Source: Candidatus Daviesbacteria bacterium RIFCSPHIGHO2_02_FULL_43_12
Lineage (GTDB): Bacteria; Patescibacteriota; Microgenomatia; Daviesbacterales; UBA10151
Reading direction: 5' to 3'
Assembly (NCBI GenBank): GCA_001776775.1
Contig: MFDD01000002.1
Span: forward strand, 169,834 to 233,833
DNA length: 64,000 bases
The position numbers were made by a program, and so were the translations under genes. Position 1 is the first letter of the stretch. Each line of letters starts with the position of its first letter. The notes under the pieces were generated by a model that saw nothing but the letters and a program-made list of their open reading frames with translations, searched no databases and was not told the DNA's origin. Shown piece after piece: positions 10,306 to 19,961 of the stretch.

Positions 10306-10401
10306 ATGCTACTCGGAGCCTTGACCGGATTATTAATTCTTTTTTGTGTCTGTATCTTTACCTTTGTTTTTTATGCCTTTTTACAGAAGTTTTTTGGTTA
10401 G
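10306..10401 (+). CDS. Possible 31-aa single-TM microprotein or gene fragment
   Basis: MLLGALTGLLILFCVCIFTFVFYAFLQKFFG*, read manually; below ORF-track length. Confidence 0.3.
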   Translation: MLLGALTGLLILFCVCIFTFVFYAFLQKFFG

Positions 10402-10407
10402 AACCAA

Positions 10408-10857
10408 TTATTTCTCGGCTATTTCTTTTACCTTTGGCAAAACCCGATCCCAAGTCGCACCAGACATTTGACAGTATTTTTCTCCTTCGTGTACTGCTGA
10501 AAAATCACCCTGCAATACATGCAGAGTGGTTACGCCATTTTGCTCAGACAGCTCGTAGGTGATACCATCTTCTTCGGTGACCGGAGGTTTGGCTCCGCGA
10601 ACATCAAGTACCGTAAATCGCAAGAATTTATCCGGCTCCAGGGCCGTTACCTCCCCTTCGACAATTATTATTCCGTTTTGGTCCTTCCAAAGAACCGGTT
10701 TACCTAGCTGCCAGTTTGATTCAATGTGAAACTGCGGAGATCCGCTCGAAAACTCGGGTGCCCAGATATCGGTATCCTCACGCCTAGTTAAGGCCTCCCA
10801 GACTCTCCCAACCGGAGCATTTATTTGAATTGTCTTATCTACAAACAGTTTGGCCAT
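10408..10857 (-). CDS. SRPBCC/AHSA1-like domain protein
   Basis: INAPVGRVWEALT start, GxVxxLEP, C-terminal W..VL..VK..AE helix. Confidence 0.85.
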   Translation of the reverse strand: MAKLFVDKTIQINAPVGRVWEALTRREDTDIWAPEFSSGSPQFHIESNWQLGKPVLWKDQNGIIIVEGEVTALEPDKFLRFTVLDVRGAKPPVTEEDGITYELSEQNGVTTLHVLQGDFSAVHEGEKYCQMSGATWDRVLPKVKEIAEK

Positions 10858-10932
10858 AGTTAAAGTATACCTCTTTTAAAAAACTTAAGCGGATGAAGAA
10901 ATGAATAAGTATATATTTACAGCCGCTACTGA

Positions 10933-11772
10933 TTATTTTTCAGCAGTAAAGATACAGTACCTAATCAGTCCCTTTTTCATCAATTCATACCACTCGACTG
11001 CTATAGTTGTATTAACAAAATACCGTTGTAAGTTGAATAATTTAATAAGGAAATACGGCAATAAAGCAATCCTTCTTAACCTTTGAAGTGAAGGTAACAT
11101 ATTTTTGGTAATATTTCTTTCCTTAATATTTTTAAAACCTATTTTCTTTAAGTAGCTTCCAAACTGGTCATGTTTAAACTCTTTAAGACCCAAGGCTGCT
11201 GTTCCCTCTATTCCCAAGTTGAGCATTTCCAGCTCCCGGGATGTAAAATCTTTTTCAGGCGCAAGAGTATATTCAAAAAATACGACTTTTCCATTTGGCT
11301 TTAGGATATTTAAAAATTGCCTTAAAGTCTTTTTTAGTTCTGCCGCATGAGAGAGGGTTTCTAAGGTAAAAATTGCATCAAAAGTGTTTTTAGTAAAAGA
11401 GGTCCTGGAATAATCCATTATTTCAAATTTCACTCTACCTTCGAGATTTAATTTCCTCGCTCTGCCTCTCGCCTTTCCTATTTCATAACTATTAAGATCT
11501 AGCCCGACAATATTCACCTTACTTTTTTCGGCTAAGTAACACGCAACCACTCCGTAACCACAACCAGCATCTAAGACCATTTGATTAGGTTTAAGACGCA
11601 GATATTTCGCTACTAAATCAGACATCAGTTGCTGTGCTTCATGTTCGGAGATGTTCCTTTGACCTTCAGGATAGTAACCAAAATGCTTTACCTTTTTAGT
11701 AATATATTCATAGCCAAGTTTCGACTCAAGACTTTTATAGTAACCCAAAACTTTTTTCTGATTAATATTCAT
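10933..11772 (-). CDS. Class I SAM-dependent methyltransferase (sterol/tocopherol/cyclopropane MT-like)
   Basis: HFGYY motif, VLDAGCGYG motif I, LKPNG motif. Confidence 0.9.
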   Translation of the reverse strand: MNINQKKVLGYYKSLESKLGYEYITKKVKHFGYYPEGQRNISEHEAQQLMSDLVAKYLRLKPNQMVLDAGCGYGVVACYLAEKSKVNIVGLDLNSYEIGKARGRARKLNLEGRVKFEIMDYSRTSFTKNTFDAIFTLETLSHAAELKKTLRQFLNILKPNGKVVFFEYTLAPEKDFTSRELEMLNLGIEGTAALGLKEFKHDQFGSYLKKIGFKNIKERNITKNMLPSLQRLRRIALLPYFLIKLFNLQRYFVNTTIAVEWYELMKKGLIRYCIFTAEK

Positions 11773-11935
11773 ATCGGAATTATACCAGTAAATAATTTTT
11801 AATAGCTGGAAAGTATTCCAGATTTACCACTTATTTCTAAAGTAAAAACAGGTCTTTGTTGCTACATTACAGCCGATCCTATTTTTAAAACTAGATGACT
11901 TTAAAGACCACCTTCCAATAGACAACTTTATGGAT

Positions 11936-12283
11936 TTAAAAAAGGACTCTAAAGTAGAAAAATAGGAAGACTAGTATGTGTATTGGTGCAGTAATTAAAC
12001 CTGGTACATACTTTTTAGCTACTCCTGACCAAACGATATGTTGGACTCCATTGGCGAACATTAGCACTAAGAAAAATGCTTGAAAATACTGCCTATTAGG
12101 AAAATCCTGAAGAAAATAAACACTGATCCAAAACCCTTCAAATACTAACTCAAATAGTAAAAATACCCAAAATGGCATTTTGAAGGCATACCATTTTTTA
12201 TGGAACCCTGTAAATAGTTCTTCTAACACATGTGCAATCTGTACAAGTACACTTATCAAGAAAAATTGCTCCAAAAGACTCAT
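11936..12283 (-). CDS. HXXEE domain membrane protein
   Basis: HVLEE motif, N..QH, YVPGLITA; four TM segments. Confidence 0.85.
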   Translation of the reverse strand: MSLLEQFFLISVLVQIAHVLEELFTGFHKKWYAFKMPFWVFLLFELVFEGFWISVYFLQDFPNRQYFQAFFLVLMFANGVQHIVWSGVAKKYVPGLITAPIHILVFLFFYFRVLF

Positions 12284-12349
12284 AACTTAACTATACCAAA
12301 AGTGAGTTGTTTTTAGTAAGCAAAAAAAGTAATATTGACCCATAATTTT

Positions 12350-13909
12350 ATGGCTAAGACTCCTGATGGCACCCTGAGATACTTTGACTACATTCCTGGA
12401 CAATCCTTTCGTCCCTTTTTGCAAGCTGCTTTAGATCAGCGATTAGGTGCTCAATACGAAGCTTCGTCCAAAACAGATTACAAAGTTCATCCTATAATCG
12501 CTGATCGTCTTCAAAATATCCGGCTTCTTCCCCAAGATAGACGATACATTAGAGTAATTCACGCTCTTGACCCTGATAATCGTCAGCTTACCGAGGGTTT
12601 AGCCTACTTATTAGATACAGCTAGTACTCCACTTGCCACTAGGAAGATCAAGGAGCGTTTTGCCCAGACAAAAGTTTCCTTAGACGACTGTCTGACAGGT
12701 TTTAGCTCAGCCGAAAAGGGGATACTTGCAGAAAATTTGGCCTTTTTGCAATTGACAGAAGGCTGCACTGTGGGATGTTCCTTTTGCGGGGTAAGCGCCG
12801 CCAGAAAAGTTTCTTCTTCTTTTTCCTTGGAGTCATTAGTTAAGTTTGGCAAAGAAGTCCCTGGCAAGATGAATAGATTATCAACTTTATACTATGCCTC
12901 TGACCCTTTTGACTGGATTGACGGAGATTATACATATCTAGATTTATCGCCTCTTTGGGGTACTTACACCTCTGGTGTTCCTTATATGAGCACATCTTTA
13001 CCACTCGGTGCAGAATTCTCTGTTCTGCGTTTTTTAGAAGCTAATTACCATCTTTATAATCAGGGAAAAGATGCAGCCTCTGTAAGACAGATACGCTTTT
13101 CTAGAACTTCCCATAATGCTGCGCGAGTAGATACTATTTTTAGTGTCTTAGAACAAAGAGGCGTTAGTAAGGACTTTTTATCGACAATGCAGATTAATGA
13201 TCTAACTAAACAAGATTCCATTCGGAAAAATGGTCATTTAATTCATCATCCAGATAGAGATCCGCTAGCCGATGCATGGGGTATAAGTTGTCAAGATGGG
13301 GTATACATATCTCCTGGTCAAGGAGTTCGGGCGGGTATCGTCGAAGCATGTACGAGGGCCTCACCGACCGGATTATTCACATGGCCACTCGAACCCGGAC
13401 GTATGACGATTCCGGTTGAACGCTTTACTGGTTCAAGCGAATATGAGCATCCAGGGACTGCAATTTATGGTCGACTAAGCTTTAGTCTAATCCCTGAAGC
13501 TGAGGTAATGGAGGTAAGAAATGGAAAAATTACAGATCGTCATGTTTACCCCTCCATCAGGCGTGATATAAAAACTTTTCTGGTCGCTCTGAGAAATCTA
13601 GGATCATTAGCCGTTTTTTACAACTTTGAGGACAACACTAGGATATCCAAATTACGGTTTCTTGTAGCAGACGAGATCTCAGAGTTACGTGATGAGTTTG
13701 AAAGAAGAAGAGAAAAGTGTGAAAGATCTTTTCCTCAAAATAAAGATAGTGAAGCAGTAGCAATAGCCACAGAACTTATACGAAGAACGAGTCAACGATT
13801 TGACGAGCTCGCTGAGGTCTTGAAACCGGGGTTTGGAAGATCAGAAATCCCCCCAGGACTTTTGACTGACCCATATGGCAACTTAAGAACAGAGATTCTC
13901 TCGAGGTAA
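12350..13909 (+). CDS. Divergent radical SAM-like protein
   Basis: LTEGCTVGCSFC (CxxxCxxC) at 12764-12787 and a downstream ASDP loop; ATG at 12350. Confidence 0.65.
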   Translation: MAKTPDGTLRYFDYIPGQSFRPFLQAALDQRLGAQYEASSKTDYKVHPIIADRLQNIRLLPQDRRYIRVIHALDPDNRQLTEGLAYLLDTASTPLATRKIKERFAQTKVSLDDCLTGFSSAEKGILAENLAFLQLTEGCTVGCSFCGVSAARKVSSSFSLESLVKFGKEVPGKMNRLSTLYYASDPFDWIDGDYTYLDLSPLWGTYTSGVPYMSTSLPLGAEFSVLRFLEANYHLYNQGKDAASVRQIRFSRTSHNAARVDTIFSVLEQRGVSKDFLSTMQINDLTKQDSIRKNGHLIHHPDRDPLADAWGISCQDGVYISPGQGVRAGIVEACTRASPTGLFTWPLEPGRMTIPVERFTGSSEYEHPGTAIYGRLSFSLIPEAEVMEVRNGKITDRHVYPSIRRDIKTFLVALRNLGSLAVFYNFEDNTRISKLRFLVADEISELRDEFERRREKCERSFPQNKDSEAVAIATELIRRTSQRFDELAEVLKPGFGRSEIPPGLLTDPYGNLRTEILSR

Positions 13910-13913
13910 TATC

Positions 13914-14192
13914 CTACTGTAGAGCTTCTGGTAACATCATTCTCCAAACCTCTGGTGTAGTCTGCGCTCTAAGCGCACGAATCACCCGACACCTCGATGC
14001 TAAAAAAGCCGCACCATTTCTTCTATGAGAATCGTCTCCTTCGTGCGGCTCTTTAGCAAAGAAATGACCAACGCTACATCCATCACAAAAAACAGCAATA
14101 GTCGGCATTTTTTGGATTGGGAATTCAGTCTCTCCTGCTGGTTGATAAGAGACACCTGTCATCGTTTCAGCTCCACAACGTGCTATAGACAT
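13914..14192 (-). CDS. Small hypothetical protein with four Cys (CDGC)
   Basis: 92 aa; own promoter TTGACT-17 bp-TACTAT ending 6 nt before the ATG. Confidence 0.65.
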   Translation of the reverse strand: MSIARCGAETMTGVSYQPAGETEFPIQKMPTIAVFCDGCSVGHFFAKEPHEGDDSHRRNGAAFLASRCRVIRALRAQTTPEVWRMMLPEALQ

Positions 14193-14277
14193 AGGTGAAT
14201 AGTATGTTTCACAAGCGCAGAAGTCAATTAATACCGAAGATTAAAAATAATAGGTATTAAAAACTGAACCAGGCTTT

Positions 14278-14892
14278 TTACTTTGGTGTTTGTTTATCTA
14301 TCTGAGGTCGCTTGGCAATATATTGCAAGATCGCCTGCTTATGAGATACATGACGATAAATAAGCACGAATCCAACAAATAGCATATAGCCTACTGCAAC
14401 ACCAATTGTATTGAATATCACATCATTGATGTCGGCAATCCGAAACGTAGTGTGTGCCAAGAGCCCTGTTACGAGCTGCGCAAGCTCAATAGCGATGCTA
14501 AACAGCGCTCCAGCAACAACTACCTTCTTCATGCGAAAGTTCGTAATGAACGGCAGCCCGAAGCCAAAAGGGATCAGCAGCAGAATGTTGAGTAGCGAGG
14601 TTTTCAGATCCGAAGGAGTAAGGGTGATAAGCGGGATAAGATTCATGTCTTTCCCAGCCGCTTGTCCATTCAGCATAAGGTCTGGTATAAAATACCTTAG
14701 AATAACTAGAGATTGAAATTGAAATAATGTGTAATCCAGAACCTTAACTATGTAGATATAGAATATAGTGAAGAATATCAAATATACGATACTTTTCTTA
14801 TTTCTAAACAAAAGAAACACGGCAACACCGATCCAAATCAAGCCCAAAAGAAGTACAATCAATAAATTAAAATACATTACAAATCCTACCAC
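14278..14892 (-). CDS. VanZ family membrane protein
   Basis: NLIP, LNILLLIPFGF, IELAQ, R..DINDVIFNTIG motifs; true start may be the ATG at 14877. Confidence 0.85.
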   Translation of the reverse strand: MVGFVMYFNLLIVLLLGLIWIGVAVFLLFRNKKSIVYLIFFTIFYIYIVKVLDYTLFQFQSLVILRYFIPDLMLNGQAAGKDMNLIPLITLTPSDLKTSLLNILLLIPFGFGLPFITNFRMKKVVVAGALFSIAIELAQLVTGLLAHTTFRIADINDVIFNTIGVAVGYMLFVGFVLIYRHVSHKQAILQYIAKRPQIDKQTPK

Positions 14893-14931
14893 CCTCTCGA
14901 ACTCGCCTCGTTCGACGCGAGTCGAAGCGGG
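14892..14931. repeat. Short GC-rich palindromic (REP/MITE-like) element
   Basis: CCCTCTCGAACTCGCCTCGTTCGACGCGAGTCGAAGCGGG folds as a hairpin; GC-rich in AT-rich surroundings. Confidence 0.5.
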
Positions 14932-15088
14932 CCAATCACACTATATCATTCCTGATTTACGAACTTACTGATAACTGTCAATTGGAGCTGGTGACCGTAC
15001 TTTGCTCGAACCTAAGACAATCTGTTACTCCAGACTTAATTCTACAACTTCAGTTACTCAAATGTCATTTAAATATTGAGATCTTTAA

Positions 15089-15538
15089 TTAAAAACCTGG
15101 TGGATTATCTGAAATTTCAGGAGTACCGATCCATGGCAGTGGCACTAATTTATATTCGCATTCCCTTGCTTGTAGATGATACTTAAAAAATCCATTACTA
15201 CTTAACTCTTTCGAGAGCTCCCCATATTTTTGCTCGATTACTTTAGCACATCTATTGTAAGCGTATGTATGCACTTGAACCATAAAAAGAATAAACAGAT
15301 AGTAACTGAGAATAAGCGCAGGAAAAATAACAATGATTTTAAAGAGTGTACGGTTTTTTATTTGTAACCAAGCTAATGTTGCAATAATGAATGGGGCAAC
15401 CCACAGAAATTTTATATCAAAATTAAAGGTTGTACATATCTTATCAATTAGCACAAGCAGCAGGAAAGAAAACAATGTCACTAGTACAGTTTGTATAAAG
15501 TATTTGTAAATATTAATCGACTGTAATTTTTTTGTCAT
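15089..15538 (-). CDS. Hypothetical membrane protein
   Basis: 149 aa, three hydrophobic segments, AT-rich. Confidence 0.7.
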   Translation of the reverse strand: MTKKLQSINIYKYFIQTVLVTLFSFLLLVLIDKICTTFNFDIKFLWVAPFIIATLAWLQIKNRTLFKIIVIFPALILSYYLFILFMVQVHTYAYNRCAKVIEQKYGELSKELSSNGFFKYHLQARECEYKLVPLPWIGTPEISDNPPGF

Positions 15539-15572
15539 TTTCTGTACATTTCTGTAGATAGCTGTTGATTAG

Positions 15573-15644
15573 AGCGGTGGACCGGACTTGAACCGGCGAC
15601 CTTCTCCTTGGGAAGGAGATATTCTACCACTGAACTACCACCGC
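15573..15644 (-). tRNA. tRNA-Gly(CCC)
   Basis: GCGGTGG/CCACCGC acceptor with U discriminator, TCTCC-TTCCCAA-GGAGA anticodon arm, GGTTCAAGTCC. Confidence 0.95.
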
Positions 15645-15698
15645 TTAAGAGTAGAGTATAGCAAACTCGCACAAATAAAGTTAAGATATAATTAGTTT

Positions 15699-16430
15699 AT
15701 GCGCCGTAACCGTTATCCTTCCAAATCCTATCGGCCACGATCTGTTCGTCATTTTGAACAAAAAGGTAAACAAAAGGCTATCTGGTATTTGACCTTTATA
15801 CTGGTCTTGCTCTATGTCTTTTTTTCCTGGGGAATACCAACAATTATCAAAACAGTTTCTCGTTTCAATCATCCCAAATCAGCGCCCAAGGTAGGTACTG
15901 ATTATATTGAGCTAACCCCACCGGTTTTTAGCATCCCCTACGAAGCTACCCCCACTGCCTCTATCCGTATCTTAGGATATTCTCAACCCAATACAGAAGT
16001 CGCTATCTATCTTAATGACACCCTAGCTACCACGGTTCACACTGCAGACGATGGAACCTTCGAGTCAAGTGCATTGAGTCTGGATAAAGGCGAAAATTAC
16101 CTCTATGGAAAAACAGTTGATTCCTCCGGAAAGGAGAGCCTCTCTTCAAAATCTATCCGGATAGTCCTGAATATCGACAAACCAATACTAGAAGTTTTTG
16201 AACCTCAGGACAATAAAATAGTTTCCGGTGGAGACCGTAAAATCACGGTCAAAGGCAAAACAGACGCTTTGAGTATTAGTATCAATGGATCAATAGTGAT
16301 TATTTCCTCAGACGGCAGCTTTTCAAACGACCTCCAGCTTCAAGACGGAGAAACCCAAATTACTATTGTGGCCACAAATAGCGTGGGCAGTAGTACTTCC
16401 GTCCAAAGAAAAGTTACTTATTCTCCCTAA
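15699..16430 (+). CDS. Membrane-anchored protein with two bacterial Ig-like domains
   Basis: N-terminal TM; beta-rich repeats DDGTF..LSLDKGEN and DGSFS..LQLQDGET. Confidence 0.75.
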   Translation: MRRNRYPSKSYRPRSVRHFEQKGKQKAIWYLTFILVLLYVFFSWGIPTIIKTVSRFNHPKSAPKVGTDYIELTPPVFSIPYEATPTASIRILGYSQPNTEVAIYLNDTLATTVHTADDGTFESSALSLDKGENYLYGKTVDSSGKESLSSKSIRIVLNIDKPILEVFEPQDNKIVSGGDRKITVKGKTDALSISINGSIVIISSDGSFSNDLQLQDGETQITIVATNSVGSSTSVQRKVTYSP

Positions 16431-17583
16431 CTGACCAACAAACACCCAACCAAAAAAGCAGCACCAACATCACCGGAGGAAAAAAGAGGCTATTTATAAA
16501 CTGGCTATTGACCAACACCCCAAGCAGCAGCCCTCGGATCACCAAACCTAACTGATTAGAGTATTTAGCAAATATAATCCGGATCCAAAAATATAAAAAA
16601 GCTATTAACCCCGATATTCCGGTGGTCGCTAGTACAAATAGCAGGCTCGAATCAACCCCTGCCCCGGCATGTCCTCCATCCTCGGAGTATGTTTTAGTTA
16701 GAGCCAGGGTATCAAAAGCTAGTCTTAGGTTATTAAACCCCACGCCGAGAACTGGACTAGACTGAAAGACTAGCAATCCGTTTTTCCAAGAATAGAAACG
16801 TTCTATCGAAGATTTATCTACTCTAAAGCCTCCAATAATACGCTCTGAGAATTTAGGGATAGACAAGTAGAGCACTAAGTTTATCACCAGCAGGAGTATC
16901 AAAAGTTTACGGTACTTAAAAAATCCCCATATTAAGCACTGAACTATTAAAAATAGATAGGCTGAACGAGAAAAGGTGAGAATAATCCCACTACAGATTA
17001 AAACCGCAAGCCAGACACTCCACTTCTTTGGCGCCTTAACCCAGCTAAAAAAAGTTATTGCCAAAGTGACATTCAGAAAACTCCCTACAAAATTAGGATC
17101 TAAAAAGGTCGAAACTAGTCTACCTTGATGCGGATCAAAACCAAAAGGGGTTAAGGGACGGAGGTCAGAAAAGACCACAAGTTGGAGGATCCCTAAAACC
17201 GAGATTACTCCACCTAAAATAGCTAATAATTTATTTACCGTTTCCAGAGAGGTCACTTTTTCCTTGATTAAACAAAAGCCTATCCAAAAACTCAGACAAT
17301 AAAAAATAAACCTAATGAGATAAAACCCTCCTTGTAGATGCCCAGAAACTAGCAGGGATAAGACAGCTACTATCCAAAATGGTAACCAGAGTAGTAGCAC
17401 TTTCAATGTTGAGAGGTTTCTCTTTACTCCAATCTGCCAAACTAATAAAAAAACTACCGCTAGTCCTAACATCAAGTCATAGACCGTTACCGAAAGACCT
17501 CCTCCGCCAAAAGGAAATCGACCAAATTCTCCAAATACCAGAGCGACAAAGGTCCCGATCGTTAAAAACCAGACTAAGTTCAT
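16414..17583 (-). CDS. O-antigen ligase/Wzy-like membrane protein
   Basis: R..STFLDPN, LTFSRS, PVLGVGFN motifs; multi-TM. Confidence 0.85.
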   Translation of the reverse strand: MNLVWFLTIGTFVALVFGEFGRFPFGGGGLSVTVYDLMLGLAVVFLLVWQIGVKRNLSTLKVLLLWLPFWIVAVLSLLVSGHLQGGFYLIRFIFYCLSFWIGFCLIKEKVTSLETVNKLLAILGGVISVLGILQLVVFSDLRPLTPFGFDPHQGRLVSTFLDPNFVGSFLNVTLAITFFSWVKAPKKWSVWLAVLICSGIILTFSRSAYLFLIVQCLIWGFFKYRKLLILLLVINLVLYLSIPKFSERIIGGFRVDKSSIERFYSWKNGLLVFQSSPVLGVGFNNLRLAFDTLALTKTYSEDGGHAGAGVDSSLLFVLATTGISGLIAFLYFWIRIIFAKYSNQLGLVIRGLLLGVLVNSQFINSLFFPPVMLVLLFWLGVCWSVRENK

Positions 17584-18602
17584 ACTTTTATCAGTCCAAA
17601 CCAGGTAATTTTCTTCGGACGAATATTTTGCAGCATATACTCGTCACTAACCTTTTTCATTTGTTGAACCGCTCTTCTTTTCTGGATCAATTTCTGCCAA
17701 TTCTTCAGAATATACCATTCGCTGCTGATTGCTTCCTTAAAATATCCATGAGTACCTAAAAAACGTACCGTATTTAGATTAACCAAAAAAAGCATCAAAA
17801 GATGATAAGGATTTTTAAAGAGCTTAGCTGGAAAGTCGGTAATAATAGTCTGGGTCATATTACGAAACTGCAAATATTCAGTTAGCTTTAAATTTTTTCG
17901 GGAAGTAGCTTTATGTATATGCCAAATCTTAGCTGTCGATTCAAACCAGCCCTTAAATCCGGCCATCTGCGCCCTCAGGCACAGGTCAACATCCTCATAA
18001 TAAGCAAAGAAGGTTTCGTCAAACAGCCCGATTTTCTCTAGCATCTCCCTCTTAAACAACCCGCCGCCTCCGGTAACCAAAAATACAAAATTAGATGTTT
18101 TAAATTTTTCACTCGGCTCACCAAAACCAATATTATCAGCATGACCTACCATATCAATATAATCACCAGCCGAGTCAATTAATTCTGGGTTAAAAAACTG
18201 TAACATTTTTGCCGCTACCATTCCAACCTCTGGATGCAGGTTAGCAGCACTCACCAAATTCCGAATACAATCTTTGTCTACCTTTGTATCATTATTGATG
18301 AGTATAATATATGTTCCCTTGCTGACTAAGATTCCTTTATTTGCGGCCGGAGAAAATCCGATATTCAAAGGCAGCTTTATTAGGTTTACTTGCGGAAAAT
18401 TTTCTTCAATATACTGGATTGACTCATCAGTCGAACCATTATCTACGACAATTATTTCAAAATCCAAAAAGGTTTGGGCTGTTAAACTTGGTAAACAAAT
18501 CTTCAGCAGCTTATGACCATTCCAGTTAGGAATCACTATCGAAGCTGTTACGGTAGTTTTTCTGGGCGGTAATTTAAGTATAGGTGGGTAAATTTCTTGC
18601 AC
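17580..18602 (-). CDS. Glycosyltransferase family 2
   Basis: IVIPNWNG, VVDNGSTD, NNDT, YEDVDL motifs. Confidence 0.9.
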   Translation of the reverse strand: MQEIYPPILKLPPRKTTVTASIVIPNWNGHKLLKICLPSLTAQTFLDFEIIVVDNGSTDESIQYIEENFPQVNLIKLPLNIGFSPAANKGILVSKGTYIILINNDTKVDKDCIRNLVSAANLHPEVGMVAAKMLQFFNPELIDSAGDYIDMVGHADNIGFGEPSEKFKTSNFVFLVTGGGGLFKREMLEKIGLFDETFFAYYEDVDLCLRAQMAGFKGWFESTAKIWHIHKATSRKNLKLTEYLQFRNMTQTIITDFPAKLFKNPYHLLMLFLVNLNTVRFLGTHGYFKEAISSEWYILKNWQKLIQKRRAVQQMKKVSDEYMLQNIRPKKITWFGLIKV

Positions 18603-19876
18603 TAGAGTCTTTTGAATACTTGACGCTGCAAAAAGGCAAAAAAGACGACAAAGGACAAAGCCTCAGATAATACAGTTACAACGGCTGCTCCATTATATCC
18701 AAACATCGGGATCAGCATCAAATTAGCCGCAATATTAAAACTAACGGTAATCACCGAAAGAGCTATTACACCGGTTAAGTATCTGTCAGAGGACAGCAAC
18801 ACTAATGATCCGGGAACATGGATAAAGATAAAAGGAATAGTCAAAGACAGGATCAACAGAGTCGGGATAGCATTAATATATTGAGGCAAAAAATGTTGAA
18901 TTAATATCGGCAGAACAACTACGAATCCGAGCAAAACCACAAAAGATGCCGCAAATAATAATTTTAGGGATTTGAAGTAGAGTCTTTTTACTTGCGCCAG
19001 ATCGTTACTATGCAATCTGGCCAGGACTGGAAACATGGCTGTGGCCACAGTTGCAGGAATAAACACCACCGCCTCCAAAAATTTATAAGCCGCACCATAA
19101 ATACCGGCTTCGTATGATCCCCGAATATAAGCAACTAACAAAGCGTCAATCTTGAAATAAATCAGGCCCAACACACCCAAGATACCATAAGGCAGTGACC
19201 CGACAGCTATCTCTCTTAGCATCTCGAAGGAAAGGGCGTGTGGACTGGTTTTTGTCTCTTTGAGATACCTATAACCCAGCTTTATAGGAATAATAAAGAG
19301 CACTAAACAATAAAATATCTGACCCAAGACTATGGCCGAAACTGCCCCAAACACTCCATATCCATTACTCAACAAAAATACCCCAAACAAGGTTGTGGCG
19401 ATATTTAAACACACCAACCCAACCGAAGACCAAAAAAGCTTTTCTACGCCTACAAAGGCGCTGTCCAGCGTAAAGGCAATCGCTTGCGGCAATACTGCCG
19501 AAACAGCCAGCAAAGTAAGGGCCACCCGCATATGATCAGGGTCGCTTACCCGCAGAAATAGGGCAAATAAGGCATAAACTACAGAGATCAGGGCCAGTCT
19601 AAAAAGAAGTACCGAACAAAATAGTTCTGAGAGTTTATTTTTATTATCCTTTTTGTTGCTCAAAAGCGCGGTCTGTCTGGTTAAAAACCGATTTATCCCA
19701 AATTCTGCCAAGGCTGAAATTAGTGAAAAGTAAGAAAGCGCAACGGTATAAAGTCCAAAGATTGCCGGATCCCCTAAAATTTTAATTAAATATATGGTAT
19801 AAAAAAAGGATACTACTTTAGTAAACAATTGGGCCGTCATAAGATAAGAAGAATTTCGAAAGATCCCCGGAGGCAT
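18602..19876 (-). CDS. Wzx-like flippase (polysaccharide biosynthesis)
   Basis: Multi-TM, EFGINRF, AGIYGAAYKF, LIPMFGYNGAA; likely start ATG 19876, 6 nt after TACACT. Confidence 0.85.
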   Translation of the reverse strand: MPPGIFRNSSYLMTAQLFTKVVSFFYTIYLIKILGDPAIFGLYTVALSYFSLISALAEFGINRFLTRQTALLSNKKDNKNKLSELFCSVLLFRLALISVVYALFALFLRVSDPDHMRVALTLLAVSAVLPQAIAFTLDSAFVGVEKLFWSSVGLVCLNIATTLFGVFLLSNGYGVFGAVSAIVLGQIFYCLVLFIIPIKLGYRYLKETKTSPHALSFEMLREIAVGSLPYGILGVLGLIYFKIDALLVAYIRGSYEAGIYGAAYKFLEAVVFIPATVATAMFPVLARLHSNDLAQVKRLYFKSLKLLFAASFVVLLGFVVVLPILIQHFLPQYINAIPTLLILSLTIPFIFIHVPGSLVLLSSDRYLTGVIALSVITVSFNIAANLMLIPMFGYNGAAVVTVLSEALSFVVFFAFLQRQVFKRL

Positions 19877-19961
19877 AACTTTAGTGTAGCAGAAAAAATA
19901 TCTTAAACAAGTCTTCCTTCCTACTTGCAACAGCCAAACTTACTCTGAGATAATAGGCTTC

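Noticed and set aside
10173-15572. Prophage, integron or known defence island
   Set aside because: No integrase, phage structural genes, repeated attC sites or recognisable defence domains
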